Below are positions 1-9,042 of a stretch of DNA of 56,283 bases, one piece after another. The notes below the pieces were generated by a model that was not told the DNA's origin, ran no database searches, and saw only the letters and a list, made by a program, of their open reading frames with translations. Position numbers and translations under genes: made by a program. The stretch lies in sequence record SRR22947725_5541; one strand, written 5' to 3'. Positions within the stretch are counted from its first letter, which is position 1; each line of letters begins with the position of its first letter.

Positions 1-195
1 CAATTCACGGAAATAGGATTCTCCATGCGAATCAAAGATCTCTGAAATGGTGGTTTTGTTCCTTTCTTCAATGATCTCATCCGTATCCTTGAACTGGAAA
101 CTCAGGTAATCGGCAAGATGACGTCCCACCGTGGATTTACCCACTCCCATGAAACCAGTCAGTGCCAGATTATTGATGTTGCGCTCGAGAAACAC
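1..195 (-). CDS. aroK: Shikimate kinase, N-terminal part (runs off window start)
   Basis: Manual translation from GTG at 195: MFLERNINNLALTGFMGVGKSTVGRHLADYLSFQFKDTDEIIEERNKTTISEIFDSHGESYFREL. It shows the P-loop GFMGVGKST plus DTD and GESYFR motifs. Not in the ORF track. Confidence 0.93.
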   Translation of the reverse strand, partial: MFLERNINNLALTGFMGVGKSTVGRHLADYLSFQFKDTDEIIEERNKTTISEIFDSHGESYFREL

Positions 196-292
196 TTAAT
201 CTGGTTACCCTAGTTTGGCGCAGGAACCAAGATGTAAATTAAGTCATTCTGCCGGGAGTCAAGGGTTTTTAAGGCTAAAGTGTAAAAGGGTG

Positions 293-356
293 AAGAGTGA
301 CCGAGTTAAGCTTCATGTGCACCCCACCTGAAGCATAGTTGAACCCGATCACTCTT
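293..356 (-). other. Long imperfect RNA hairpin in the aroK/gntP divergent intergenic region (unidentified)
   Basis: Pairs 293-307 with 342-356, 310-315 with 329-334 and 317-319 with 325-327. Two A/C mismatches become G-U pairs only on the minus strand. Confidence 0.5.
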
Positions 357-699
357 GTGCCTGATAACGGTGAGTGGATCACCTTACATAAAACTATAAA
401 GTTTTAAATAGTTGGTCAACAATAAATTAAAACAATTATAAAATATAAAAAACGTGTAATGAATGTTCGTTATTATGGGGTAAATATCGTGAATTTGTAT
501 TAGATGTCGCATTTTAAGCATAATGATTACGTCTGTTTCATGGGACTGAAATGAAGGGTTTATCACAAGATTGCGAATTTAGGTTGAGTGTTGTTTTTTT
601 GATCTAAAAGCGACGCCTGAGCTCCCGAACCATCCACAAGAACTCTTGACCCTTGCAGTAATTTATGCGGTATTTATCCAAATACCATCTGGAGCAACT

Positions 700-2208
700 A
701 TGATACCCTTACTAGCACAAGCAAGCGCAGAGGCTTCCATTTCAATGTGGCCATTTGCAATTTTGTCCATTTGCGTGGTCTTCATCGTCGTCGCCATTAC
801 CATGCTGCGAGTTCACGCATTTCTAGCATTGATCCTTGCGGCTATCCTTGCAGGAATTTTGACTGGCGATCTACCTAATCTGAACGACTTGAACAAGGGG
901 CTTTTTGATTCCAGAGTGGCACTGGATATGACAGATCTTAAAGGGAATAACCTGATAAAATCCGTCAAATGGTCGCTCAAAGGCTTTGGAAATACTGCCG
1001 GTGGGATTGGATTGGTCATCGCGCTGGCTGCCATCATTGGAACGTGTCTCATGGGAAGCGGGGCTGCAGATCGAATTGTCAGATCCCTGCTCAAGGTGTG
1101 TGGAGAAAAACGAGCTGGAATGGTGCTGCTCATGAGTGGGTTTCTCCTGTCGATCCCCGTGTTCTTTGATACGGTATTTTTTCTGCTCATACCGCTTGCG
1201 CGTGCCTTGAGTCTTCGCACGGGCAAGAGCTACACGATGTATGTCATTGCCATGGCTGGTGCGGGCGCCATTACCCATTCCATGGTGCCACCTACGCCTG
1301 GACCGCTGATGATCGCGAATACACTGAAAATAGATCTTGGGGTTGCCATCATGGCAGGGTTGGCAGCCAGCATACTCCCTGCATGGTTGGTGCTCGTGAT
1401 GGCCAAGAGGTTTGATGATAAACTGAATATTCCCATGCGCGATGTACCTGGCACCTCAGCTCAAGATTTAAAATCCATTGTCGATAAAAAAGACAGTGAA
1501 CTGCCGGGATTGTTTGTGTCATCCATTCCAGTTGCATTTCCAGTTGTTGCTATTTCTTTGGTGTCCGTGCTGGACATGCTGGGTAAGGATCAAGGTAAAT
1601 TATACCCTTACCTTCAGTTTATCGGGCATTCCAATATTGCCATGCTGATTGCCGCCGCTTTTGCTGTCGCAACTTACGCTGCTCAGCTCATCAAAAACAA
1701 CCCGTCCCTCAAAGGGAATCTCTCAAAGACCTTGAGTGAAAAATTGGATGCTCCCCTGCACATGGCTGGCGTCATCATTCTGATCACAGGTGCGGGTGGT
1801 GCATTTGGTGGGATGATCCGTCTGGCTGGAGTTGGAGAAACCATTCAGGCACTTGCCGACAAATTCAATATTTCCTATATCCTGCTCGCCTGGCTGGCGA
1901 CAGCAATCGTACGCATTGCTCAAGGCTCTGCGACAGTTGCCATGATCACCGGTGTGGGCTTGATGGCAGCAGTCATAGGGGATGGGGCGGGCCTGACTTA
2001 TCACCCCTTGTATATCTTCCTTGCCGTAGGATTCGGAAGTATCACTCTTTCTTGGATGAATGACAGTGGATTCTGGGTCGTGCAGCGTCTCAGCGGCTTT
2101 ACCGAAAAGGAAACACTCCGCACATGGAGCGTGCTTTTGACTGCGATTTCGCTGTTAGGTTTGGTGGAGATTCTTGTGTTCTCCCGGATTCTTCCATTTG
2201 CCGGTTAG
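700..2208 (+). CDS. GntP-family (gluconate/sugar-acid:H+ symporter) permease
   Basis: Motifs SIPVFFDTVFFLLIPLA, HSMVPPTPGP, ILITGAGGAFG, RIAQGSATVA and SWMNDSGFW. ATG at 700 is preceded by GGAG. Confidence 0.9.
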   Translation: MIPLLAQASAEASISMWPFAILSICVVFIVVAITMLRVHAFLALILAAILAGILTGDLPNLNDLNKGLFDSRVALDMTDLKGNNLIKSVKWSLKGFGNTAGGIGLVIALAAIIGTCLMGSGAADRIVRSLLKVCGEKRAGMVLLMSGFLLSIPVFFDTVFFLLIPLARALSLRTGKSYTMYVIAMAGAGAITHSMVPPTPGPLMIANTLKIDLGVAIMAGLAASILPAWLVLVMAKRFDDKLNIPMRDVPGTSAQDLKSIVDKKDSELPGLFVSSIPVAFPVVAISLVSVLDMLGKDQGKLYPYLQFIGHSNIAMLIAAAFAVATYAAQLIKNNPSLKGNLSKTLSEKLDAPLHMAGVIILITGAGGAFGGMIRLAGVGETIQALADKFNISYILLAWLATAIVRIAQGSATVAMITGVGLMAAVIGDGAGLTYHPLYIFLAVGFGSITLSWMNDSGFWVVQRLSGFTEKETLRTWSVLLTAISLLGLVEILVFSRILPFAG

Positions 2209-2261
2209 GTCTGCAGGTCAACTGAGTCAATGGTGGCGCCGAAGGATTCTGAATAATTCTC

Positions 2262-3071
2262 ATGCTCATTGATGCACATCTACATCTACAGGACGTTCGG
2301 CTTGATGGAGTTCGTCCGCAGATGGCGAAGCTCATTGAATCTGAAAATATCCGTCAATTAGTCGTCAATGGCACGAAGGAAGGGGATTGGGGGAAGGTAA
2401 TTGATTGTGCAGATTCGTTCTCACAAGTGATACCTTCCTTCGGGTTGCATCCCTGGTGGTTGAACGAACGTTCCTCGAATTGGTTGCATCATCTCGAGGA
2501 ACATTTAACGGCTTTTCCAGCGGCTGTGGGTGAAATTGGTCTTGATCGCTGGTTTCGCAAGGACAATATCGAGGAACAGGAAGAGGTGTTCCTTCTGCAA
2601 TGGGAGTTGGCCAACCGCCTGGGCTTGCCTGTCAGTGTGCATTGTTTGAAAGCCTGGGGGCGGCTTCTGGATCTGGTGAGACGCGTCCCTCATGTGGGGC
2701 CGGGTTTCCTTCTGCATTCATACAGCGGTCCGGTTGAAATGATTCAGGAATGGGTTGCGATGGGGGCTCGTTTTTCGATTTCCGGTTATTTTGCGCATCC
2801 GAGAAAAGCGTCCAGAAAGAAAGTTTTTGAGCAAATTCCATTTGACCGTTTACTCATCGAAACGGACGCGCCGGATATGCATCTTCCTGAACTTTTGCAA
2901 ACACATCATGGAGGGGTGGATCACAAAAATGCGCCTGTCAATCATCCCGGTAATCTGCGCTCTGTCTACCGGTTTGTTTCAGGTTGGCTGGGGTGTCCTA
3001 TGGATGAACTGGAAGCTCAAACTGAATCCAATTATGACCGTATGTTTCATGGAGCCTCGGGAGCAGTCTGA
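2262..3071 (+). CDS. tatD: TatD-family metallo-hydrolase/DNase
   Basis: Motifs IDAHLH, GLHPW, VGEIGLD, SVH, LHSY and LLIETDAP. Confidence 0.92.
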   Translation: MLIDAHLHLQDVRLDGVRPQMAKLIESENIRQLVVNGTKEGDWGKVIDCADSFSQVIPSFGLHPWWLNERSSNWLHHLEEHLTAFPAAVGEIGLDRWFRKDNIEEQEEVFLLQWELANRLGLPVSVHCLKAWGRLLDLVRRVPHVGPGFLLHSYSGPVEMIQEWVAMGARFSISGYFAHPRKASRKKVFEQIPFDRLLIETDAPDMHLPELLQTHHGGVDHKNAPVNHPGNLRSVYRFVSGWLGCPMDELEAQTESNYDRMFHGASGAV

Positions 3072-3300
3072 ACATCGAGGGTGAACTCATGATCCATCGA
3101 CAGTTCTCGGACTATCCAAATTGAATTGCGCATGCTGTTCCAGCTCGATATCAATGTCTCATCAGGAATCATCCAAATGAACCTGGCTCAGTGCGCTGCG
3201 GACTCTTACCTTGGTTTTCTCCCCGCTCAGCATGACGTGCGTTTGACACGGATTGTCTCATCGTCAGGTATCTCTCGCTGCTCATGGCAGGCGACTTGAA

Positions 3301-5496
3301 TTAACTTTTTCCAGAAGCTTTGTCGAGGGCCTCGAGGACGATGCCGGGTGTGAGTAATTCGGGAAGGAGGATGGGTGGCTCTGCGCCGGGGGCATAGACC
3401 AGCACCAGAGGCACCCCGCTGCGCCCAAACTTCTGGAGTTGTGCTGTGATCCTTGAATCGTAAAAGGTGTAGTCGCCTTTGAAGGTGACACCGCTGATGC
3501 TCTCGAGTTTTTGACGTACTTTATCGATTTCGATGCTGGTTTTCTTGTTGATCTGGCAGTTAGCGCACCACTTAGCAGTGAAATCTACGAGGACGACCTT
3601 ACCCTCTGCACGCGCTGTGGCCACGGCTTCCTCGGACCATGGTTGCCAGAGTATCCCATTTTTACCTTTGCTTACGTTTCCTGCATTTGTTGTTACAGGG
3701 CCAACAGGATCACGCCAGTTAAGTTCTTTTTCAAGAATCCACCCATAGGCAAACAAAAGGCATGCCGCGCTGACTCCCAGGGCCAGTCCTTTGCGTGAGC
3801 TTCCTCGTTGCACAAATTCTCCATAGACCCATGCAGCCATGGCCACGAACACAAGCAATAACCCCATCCAGAGATCCCCTTTTTCTCCGAAATGCAAGCG
3901 GGCAATGGTATAGAGCCAGATGGCGGTGCCTATCATGGGGAAACCCATGAAGACTTTAAAACGTTCCATCCATGCGCCTGGTTTGGGGAGGATGCCGAGC
4001 CAGGCCGGGTTCCAGCTTAACAAGATATAAGGAAACGCCAAACCCATGGCGACGGCTGTGAACAAGATCACGATGCCGACTGGGGGTTGTGTGAATGCAA
4101 ATCCCAGGGCTGTGCCTAAGAATGGTGCGGTGCAAGGCGTTGCCAGCACAGTTGCCAGTATGCCGTTGAAAAACGCTCCCATGTTTCCATTGCGTGAGGC
4201 TGCATTTGAGGCTGCGCTGGTCAAACGCCCGCCTGTAATTTCAAAGACACCGAAAAAATTAAGTGCGACCAGTGTGACCAGAAGAGTCATGAGGACAAGG
4301 AATTGAGGGTTTTGGAATTGCATGCCCCAGTTCGCCAGGTTACCCGCCGATTGTACGCCGATCACCAACCCTGCGAGGATCCAAAAAGAGAATAGTACTC
4401 CTACGCCGTAAAGCAGTCCGAGTTGAAAGATGCGTCTGGGTTGTTCTTTGCTTTGATGCACGAACCCCAGGATCTTCAGGGAAATAACCGGTAGTACGCA
4501 TGGCATGAAGTTCAAGATGAAACCACCCACAAAAGCGAACAACAGCATCAGGGGCCATCCCCCACTTGATTCCTCGACAGGGGTCGCTTCCGCTCCTTCC
4601 GTAGCTGCGTTCCCGGATGCGGGTATTTTCAATGCAGTGCTTGCCTTTTCAGTCTCAAAACCTTCTCCCAAAGTCACTGAAATTTCATAAGCCTGGGTGT
4701 TATCTCCGGTCTGCTTTGCCAGCACGGCAACACCACTTATTTTATCAGGCCATGTTTCTCCCCAATTGAGGAATATTTTGGACAGCGACAAAGATTTGCC
4801 CTCGGCCTGTCCAAAAGTTGTTTTTCCTCCGATTTCGTAATCCTCGTTTTCAAAGGGATAGAAATCTTTGAAATAGAAGCCTTGGTTCTCAGCTAGCTCG
4901 ATGGTCAGTTGACGTTCATCATCGGCTATACTTTTCGACCAATCAGCCTTGAATTTCAAGTCAACAGCTGGTGGAGGGACTTTACTGTTCCATGCGGCCA
5001 ATGAAGGGGCTTCGGGTGACGATTTGTCCGTCGTCCCAATCTTGAGTGTGCGGCTGACTGTTCCATTGCGAGGTATGCAGGATTCTTTGCATTCCAGCCA
5101 GAAGACTTCCGCATTCAGCTTGACAGACCCCGTTTTGAGGTCAGAGCCTATCGTCAAGGGAACGAGCAGTACAATATCGTCGTGATAGGCATAGGAATAG
5201 AGACCAGAGCTTTCTTCTTTTACAGGAAGAGGCCAGCGAATACTGCCCGCAGTGATTCCGGGTGGTAACTTCCAGGTAATTTTGGGCGGTTGGGCTGCAT
5301 CACCCCCGTAGCGCCAGTAAGTGTGCCAGCCTTCCTTGAGCTCAAAGCGAATTCCGGCAAGAACAGTTTCGCCTGGAGTGGCCTCTGTCTTGTTCAGCAG
5401 AAAGGAAAGTTTTGTTTCTGCTGCCTGTGTCAGATTTGCTCCCAAACCGATCAAAATCAGCCAGGTCGAAACGAATCCTGCAATACGATACCTCAT
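3301..5496 (-). CDS. dsbD: Protein-disulfide reductase DsbD-like (N-terminal domain, CcdA-type membrane domain, C-terminal thioredoxin)
   Basis: Signal peptide from M at 5496, GWHTYW and LECKESCIP in the N domain, LNFMPCVLPV and ATPCTAP in the membrane domain, DFTAKWCANC in the thioredoxin domain. Confidence 0.9.
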   Translation of the reverse strand: MRYRIAGFVSTWLILIGLGANLTQAAETKLSFLLNKTEATPGETVLAGIRFELKEGWHTYWRYGGDAAQPPKITWKLPPGITAGSIRWPLPVKEESSGLYSYAYHDDIVLLVPLTIGSDLKTGSVKLNAEVFWLECKESCIPRNGTVSRTLKIGTTDKSSPEAPSLAAWNSKVPPPAVDLKFKADWSKSIADDERQLTIELAENQGFYFKDFYPFENEDYEIGGKTTFGQAEGKSLSLSKIFLNWGETWPDKISGVAVLAKQTGDNTQAYEISVTLGEGFETEKASTALKIPASGNAATEGAEATPVEESSGGWPLMLLFAFVGGFILNFMPCVLPVISLKILGFVHQSKEQPRRIFQLGLLYGVGVLFSFWILAGLVIGVQSAGNLANWGMQFQNPQFLVLMTLLVTLVALNFFGVFEITGGRLTSAASNAASRNGNMGAFFNGILATVLATPCTAPFLGTALGFAFTQPPVGIVILFTAVAMGLAFPYILLSWNPAWLGILPKPGAWMERFKVFMGFPMIGTAIWLYTIARLHFGEKGDLWMGLLLVFVAMAAWVYGEFVQRGSSRKGLALGVSAACLLFAYGWILEKELNWRDPVGPVTTNAGNVSKGKNGILWQPWSEEAVATARAEGKVVLVDFTAKWCANCQINKKTSIEIDKVRQKLESISGVTFKGDYTFYDSRITAQLQKFGRSGVPLVLVYAPGAEPPILLPELLTPGIVLEALDKASGKS

Positions 5497-6029
5497 ACTT
5501 TCTTCAGGGTGATAACTCGGTATATTGTTTAATGACATCTCCGTTATTTTTCCGCTCGCTGAATAAAACCGCTCAGAATGTTGATTCAACCATCAAACGA
5601 TAATCCCATTTCTCTGAAGGGGGCATCCTGCAACCTTTTCACTAAATCATGTTTTATCTTACTTGCTTCCGGGCCTGCTGTTTTCAGAGCCTGATGCATG
5701 AGACGCCGGGCATTGCCACGGTTCTCGGCTTTTCTAATTGCTCTGGGTTTTACAGGGAAAAGGATTGGGCTTGGTTGGGACTGTGGGGTGAAAGAAATGC
5801 TCCCATTGCCAAGCCTCAGTGTTTTGAGAGTTTTCTGACCAATACTTTCAATGAATAACTTTGTTCCTTCCTCAGGAACGAGCTTTGTCTTGATCAAATA
5901 TTCATCGAAAGGGCCAATCGTTTCGTTAATGGAATGCTCCTTTTGAGGCCGTGTCGATACAATGACTACGAAGCTGAGAGTTTTCTGTATCTTCCTGCAT
6001 CTCATGGCTTGCATTATGTCAGGCAGGTT

Positions 6030-6539
6030 TCAGCTGTCTTCGGTGGGTAGCAGGACCACCTTCAATCCCTTGCCACCTTTCCCCGAAGCATGCATCGTGT
6101 CGAGAAGGCTTTGGCTATTGTTTGTCTTCGCCGGCTCAAGACTGGAAGAAGTGCAGGATTTTCCTTCATGCGACTCTATCGCGCTCCTGATAGCGTCTTC
6201 CACTAGCGTCGTACAATGAATTTTTGTTGGCGGAAGAGGTCCCAGATCGGCGGCTAACTCTGCCCCAGACATTCGAACGGCTTCTTCGGTCGTTTTCCCT
6301 TTCAGCATTTCCGTCGCCATACTGGCGGCGGCAATGGCAGTCTCGCATCCGAAGGATTGAAATGATGCTTTATCGATGACCTTCTTGCCGTCCTTATCTT
6401 CAAATTTGAGCCACATGCGCAGCATGTCTCCACAACCCGCGCCACCTACCGTACCGATGGTGTCTGCATCTTCCATCTCCCCGAGATTCTTGGGGTTGCG
6501 CATGGCTTCTTCTACTTTTTGTTGAAAGGCATCTGTCAT
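6030..6539 (-). CDS. iscU: IscU/NifU-N type Fe-S scaffold protein
   Basis: NPKN, GCGD, FQSFGC and LPPTKIHC motifs give the three conserved Cys. Confidence 0.88.
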   Translation of the reverse strand: MTDAFQQKVEEAMRNPKNLGEMEDADTIGTVGGAGCGDMLRMWLKFEDKDGKKVIDKASFQSFGCETAIAAASMATEMLKGKTTEEAVRMSGAELAADLGPLPPTKIHCTTLVEDAIRSAIESHEGKSCTSSSLEPAKTNNSQSLLDTMHASGKGGKGLKVVLLPTEDS

Positions 6540-6577
6540 ATAGCTCCTAACCCAACCTATGAGTTTTCAGGCTTAAA

Positions 6578-7138
6578 TCAACCCTCTACTGGTTCAAGTC
6601 GATATCTTGGGACGTCCTTGTCGACTTCGCGAGCCCAGGCGTCGATCCCTCCGTCCATGCAGCGAACATTCTTGAATCCCTGGCCTTGAAAATAGGTTGC
6701 AGCGTCAAGACTGCTTCTGCCGGTATGATCGTAGATGACAAGCAAATCTTCGCGAGGCCATTGGGCAAGGATATCCTGCATGGATTCCTGAGACATATGT
6801 ATGGCTTCAACCAGTTTGACTGCCTCCCATTCTTCACTGGTCCGTATATCGACCAGACGACAGGGTTCATTGGACTGGAGAGCTTCAAAAACAGCGGTCG
6901 ACTTCATCAACACTTTCTGATCTTCATCATGGCTTTGTTGGACCTTTGTGATGAGTTCATTGGGATCAATATTCTCATTACGTTTGCATAAGTCTTCCAC
7001 AGTTTCATCCTCCTGAAAAGCACAGCTGCTGCATCCACCAATATGGTAATGGCGGAAGAGAGCACGTTGAGCCCATGGGTAGGTCTCCAAAAGCTCATGC
7101 ATGGTGGACTTTGGTGTAATGCTGGATGGGTTGCTCAT
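6578..7138 (-). CDS. DUF1858-like CxxC domain fused to a rhodanese-fold domain (catalytic Cys replaced by Asp)
   Basis: N-terminal ITPKSTMHELLETYP...GGCSSCA...ETVEDLC. C-terminal LVDIR..EEW, IYDHTGRSS and MDGGIDAW. Confidence 0.75.
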   Translation of the reverse strand: MSNPSSITPKSTMHELLETYPWAQRALFRHYHIGGCSSCAFQEDETVEDLCKRNENIDPNELITKVQQSHDEDQKVLMKSTAVFEALQSNEPCRLVDIRTSEEWEAVKLVEAIHMSQESMQDILAQWPREDLLVIYDHTGRSSLDAATYFQGQGFKNVRCMDGGIDAWAREVDKDVPRYRLEPVEG

Positions 7139-7197
7139 ATAGGTAAATCAGTTTTGGGCCTGAACTTCGTGCTCTCTGTGTGGTTACCAAAGCTCCT

Positions 7198-8460
7198 TCA
7201 GTCTCCGAAGCGCTTCTGTATATGTGCCAGGACCTCCAGACTTCGGTCGATTTCCTGGCGGTTGTTATAGAAATAAAAACTCGCGCGTGCCGTTCCTGTG
7301 ATTCCAAATTTCTTCATCAGGGGCTGCGTGCAATGATGTCCTCCTCTGAGCGCTATTCCCTTTTGGTCAGCCAGAGTCACCACATCGTGAGAGTGCATTC
7401 CACCAAGTAAAAAGCTTACCAGACCAGCACGATTTTGCTCGGGGCCATACACCTGAGTTCCGGGAATCGATTTGACTTCCCTGTAAAAATATTCAGCCAA
7501 AGAGCGATCGTGTTCAAAGATTTCCTTACGTCCGATGGCATCAATGTAATCCATGGCTGCAGCCAAACCAACTGCTCCTGACATATTAGGTGTTCCTGCT
7601 TCGAATTTATGAGGAGCTTCCTTGAAGCTTGGGCCATCATAACTAACCTCAGAAATCATTTCACCACCGCCCTGATATGGAGGCAATTGTTCGAGAATGT
7701 TTCTTTTGCCATAGAGTACTCCAATACCTGTTGGCCCAACGATCTTGTGACCGGAAAAGGCGTAGAAATCACAATCGATATCCTGAACATCCACGGGATA
7801 ATGACCCGCACTCTGAGCTCCATCAACAAATGTCAATGCTCCCACCGACCTGGCTTTTGCGCACAGTTGTTTGACCGGATTGATAGTGCCGAGGCTATTC
7901 GAAATATGGACGCAGCTAAAGATTTTAACATCAGGTGTCATCCACTTGTCCAAATGCTCCAGGTCCAAAGCACCCTGAGTATCCTTGACCGGTAGGTATT
8001 TCAGTGAGGCCCCTGTTCGCTCGGCGACCATTTGCCACGGCACCATATTGCTGTGGTGCTCCATTTCGGTAATCAATATCGTATCACCAGGCTTCAGGAC
8101 TAACTGACTCAGAGATGATGCGAGCAGGTTTACGGCCTCAGTTGTTCCCCTCGTAAAAATAATCTCCCGGGCACTGTTTGCATTGATGAATTCAGCTGTT
8201 CTCTCGCGTGCGGACTCATAGCCAAGTGTAGCACGATTGCTGAGTTCATGGATACCTCGATGCACGTTCGCATTATCATGTTGATAGTAATGCTGAATGG
8301 CATCCAGAACCTGAGATGGTTTCTGGCTTGTGGCAGCGTTATCAAAGTATATCAATTGATGACCATTGATTTCCTGATGCAGGACAGGAAAGTCTTTTCG
8401 CGTTTCCAGGCTCAGTGTGTCGCCTGCAGATGTGGAAACAGTTTGGTCCACGGTATTCAT
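7198..8460 (-). CDS. sufS: Cysteine desulfurase SufS (group II)
   Basis: YFDNAATSQKP, NVHRG, EHHSN, FSGHK (PLP Lys) and RGGHHCTQP. Start moved to ATG at 8460, just after the sufT stop. Confidence 0.95.
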   Translation of the reverse strand: MNTVDQTVSTSAGDTLSLETRKDFPVLHQEINGHQLIYFDNAATSQKPSQVLDAIQHYYQHDNANVHRGIHELSNRATLGYESARERTAEFINANSAREIIFTRGTTEAVNLLASSLSQLVLKPGDTILITEMEHHSNMVPWQMVAERTGASLKYLPVKDTQGALDLEHLDKWMTPDVKIFSCVHISNSLGTINPVKQLCAKARSVGALTFVDGAQSAGHYPVDVQDIDCDFYAFSGHKIVGPTGIGVLYGKRNILEQLPPYQGGGEMISEVSYDGPSFKEAPHKFEAGTPNMSGAVGLAAAMDYIDAIGRKEIFEHDRSLAEYFYREVKSIPGTQVYGPEQNRAGLVSFLLGGMHSHDVVTLADQKGIALRGGHHCTQPLMKKFGITGTARASFYFYNNRQEIDRSLEVLAHIQKRFGD

Positions 8461-8462
8461 TG

Positions 8463-9023
8463 TCACATCAAACCCAGTTGTAATTTGGCGGCTTCGGTCA
8501 TCATGCCTTGATTCCATTGTGGCTCCCAGACCAATTCGACAACAGCTTCGGACACATCTTCAATGCACATGACCTTATTTTGAACGTCTTGCTGAATGAC
8601 CGGACCCATTCCACAGCCGGGCGCAGTCAACGTCATTTTGACCAGTATATGATAACTGTTTTTTTCCTTCACGGGCGTTACCACGCAGTCATAAATCAAG
8701 CCCAGATCAACCACGTTGACTGGTATCTCAGGATCGAAGCACGTTTTCATCTGCTCCCATACATGAGCCTCCACTTCCTCAGGAGTCGCAACATCTCCCT
8801 CTATGGCTGCCTTGATGCGGCTTTCCGTGACCTCGCGTCCCAGTGCATCGGCGTCTTTGCCCTGTATGCGAAACATGTTACCGTTGACCAAAACGGTGAA
8901 GGAGCCTCCCAGCTCTTGCGTAATCTGGGCTGTTTCGCCCTTGATCAGAGTGACTTGATCTCCGGCTGGAACAATGGCGGCTTCAACGTCGCGTGTTAGT
9001 TCGATGGATTCCTGATTCTGCAT
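8463..9023 (-). CDS. sufT: Fe-S assembly protein SufT (DUF59 with N-terminal extension)
   Basis: FDPEIPVNVVDLGLIY, MTLTAPGCGMG, VWEPQW and N-terminal ITQELGGSFTV...DADALG. Confidence 0.9.
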   Translation of the reverse strand: MQNQESIELTRDVEAAIVPAGDQVTLIKGETAQITQELGGSFTVLVNGNMFRIQGKDADALGREVTESRIKAAIEGDVATPEEVEAHVWEQMKTCFDPEIPVNVVDLGLIYDCVVTPVKEKNSYHILVKMTLTAPGCGMGPVIQQDVQNKVMCIEDVSEAVVELVWEPQWNQGMMTEAAKLQLGLM

Positions 9024-9042
9024 TGGATGCGTCGTGTTTGAA

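Noticed and set aside
240-420. 6S RNA, SRP RNA or SAM riboswitch as the identity of the hairpin
   Set aside because: The rod is only about 64 nt, and I could not find the central bubble or signature sequences of these families.
384-566. 60-aa minus-strand ORF
   Set aside because: It lies in very AT-rich divergent promoter DNA, has I/N/F/Y-biased composition and shows no recognisable motif.
5586-6014. 142-aa ORF between iscU and dsbD
   Set aside because: No motif, atypical composition, and the real dsbD start is probably at 5496. It cannot be fully excluded.
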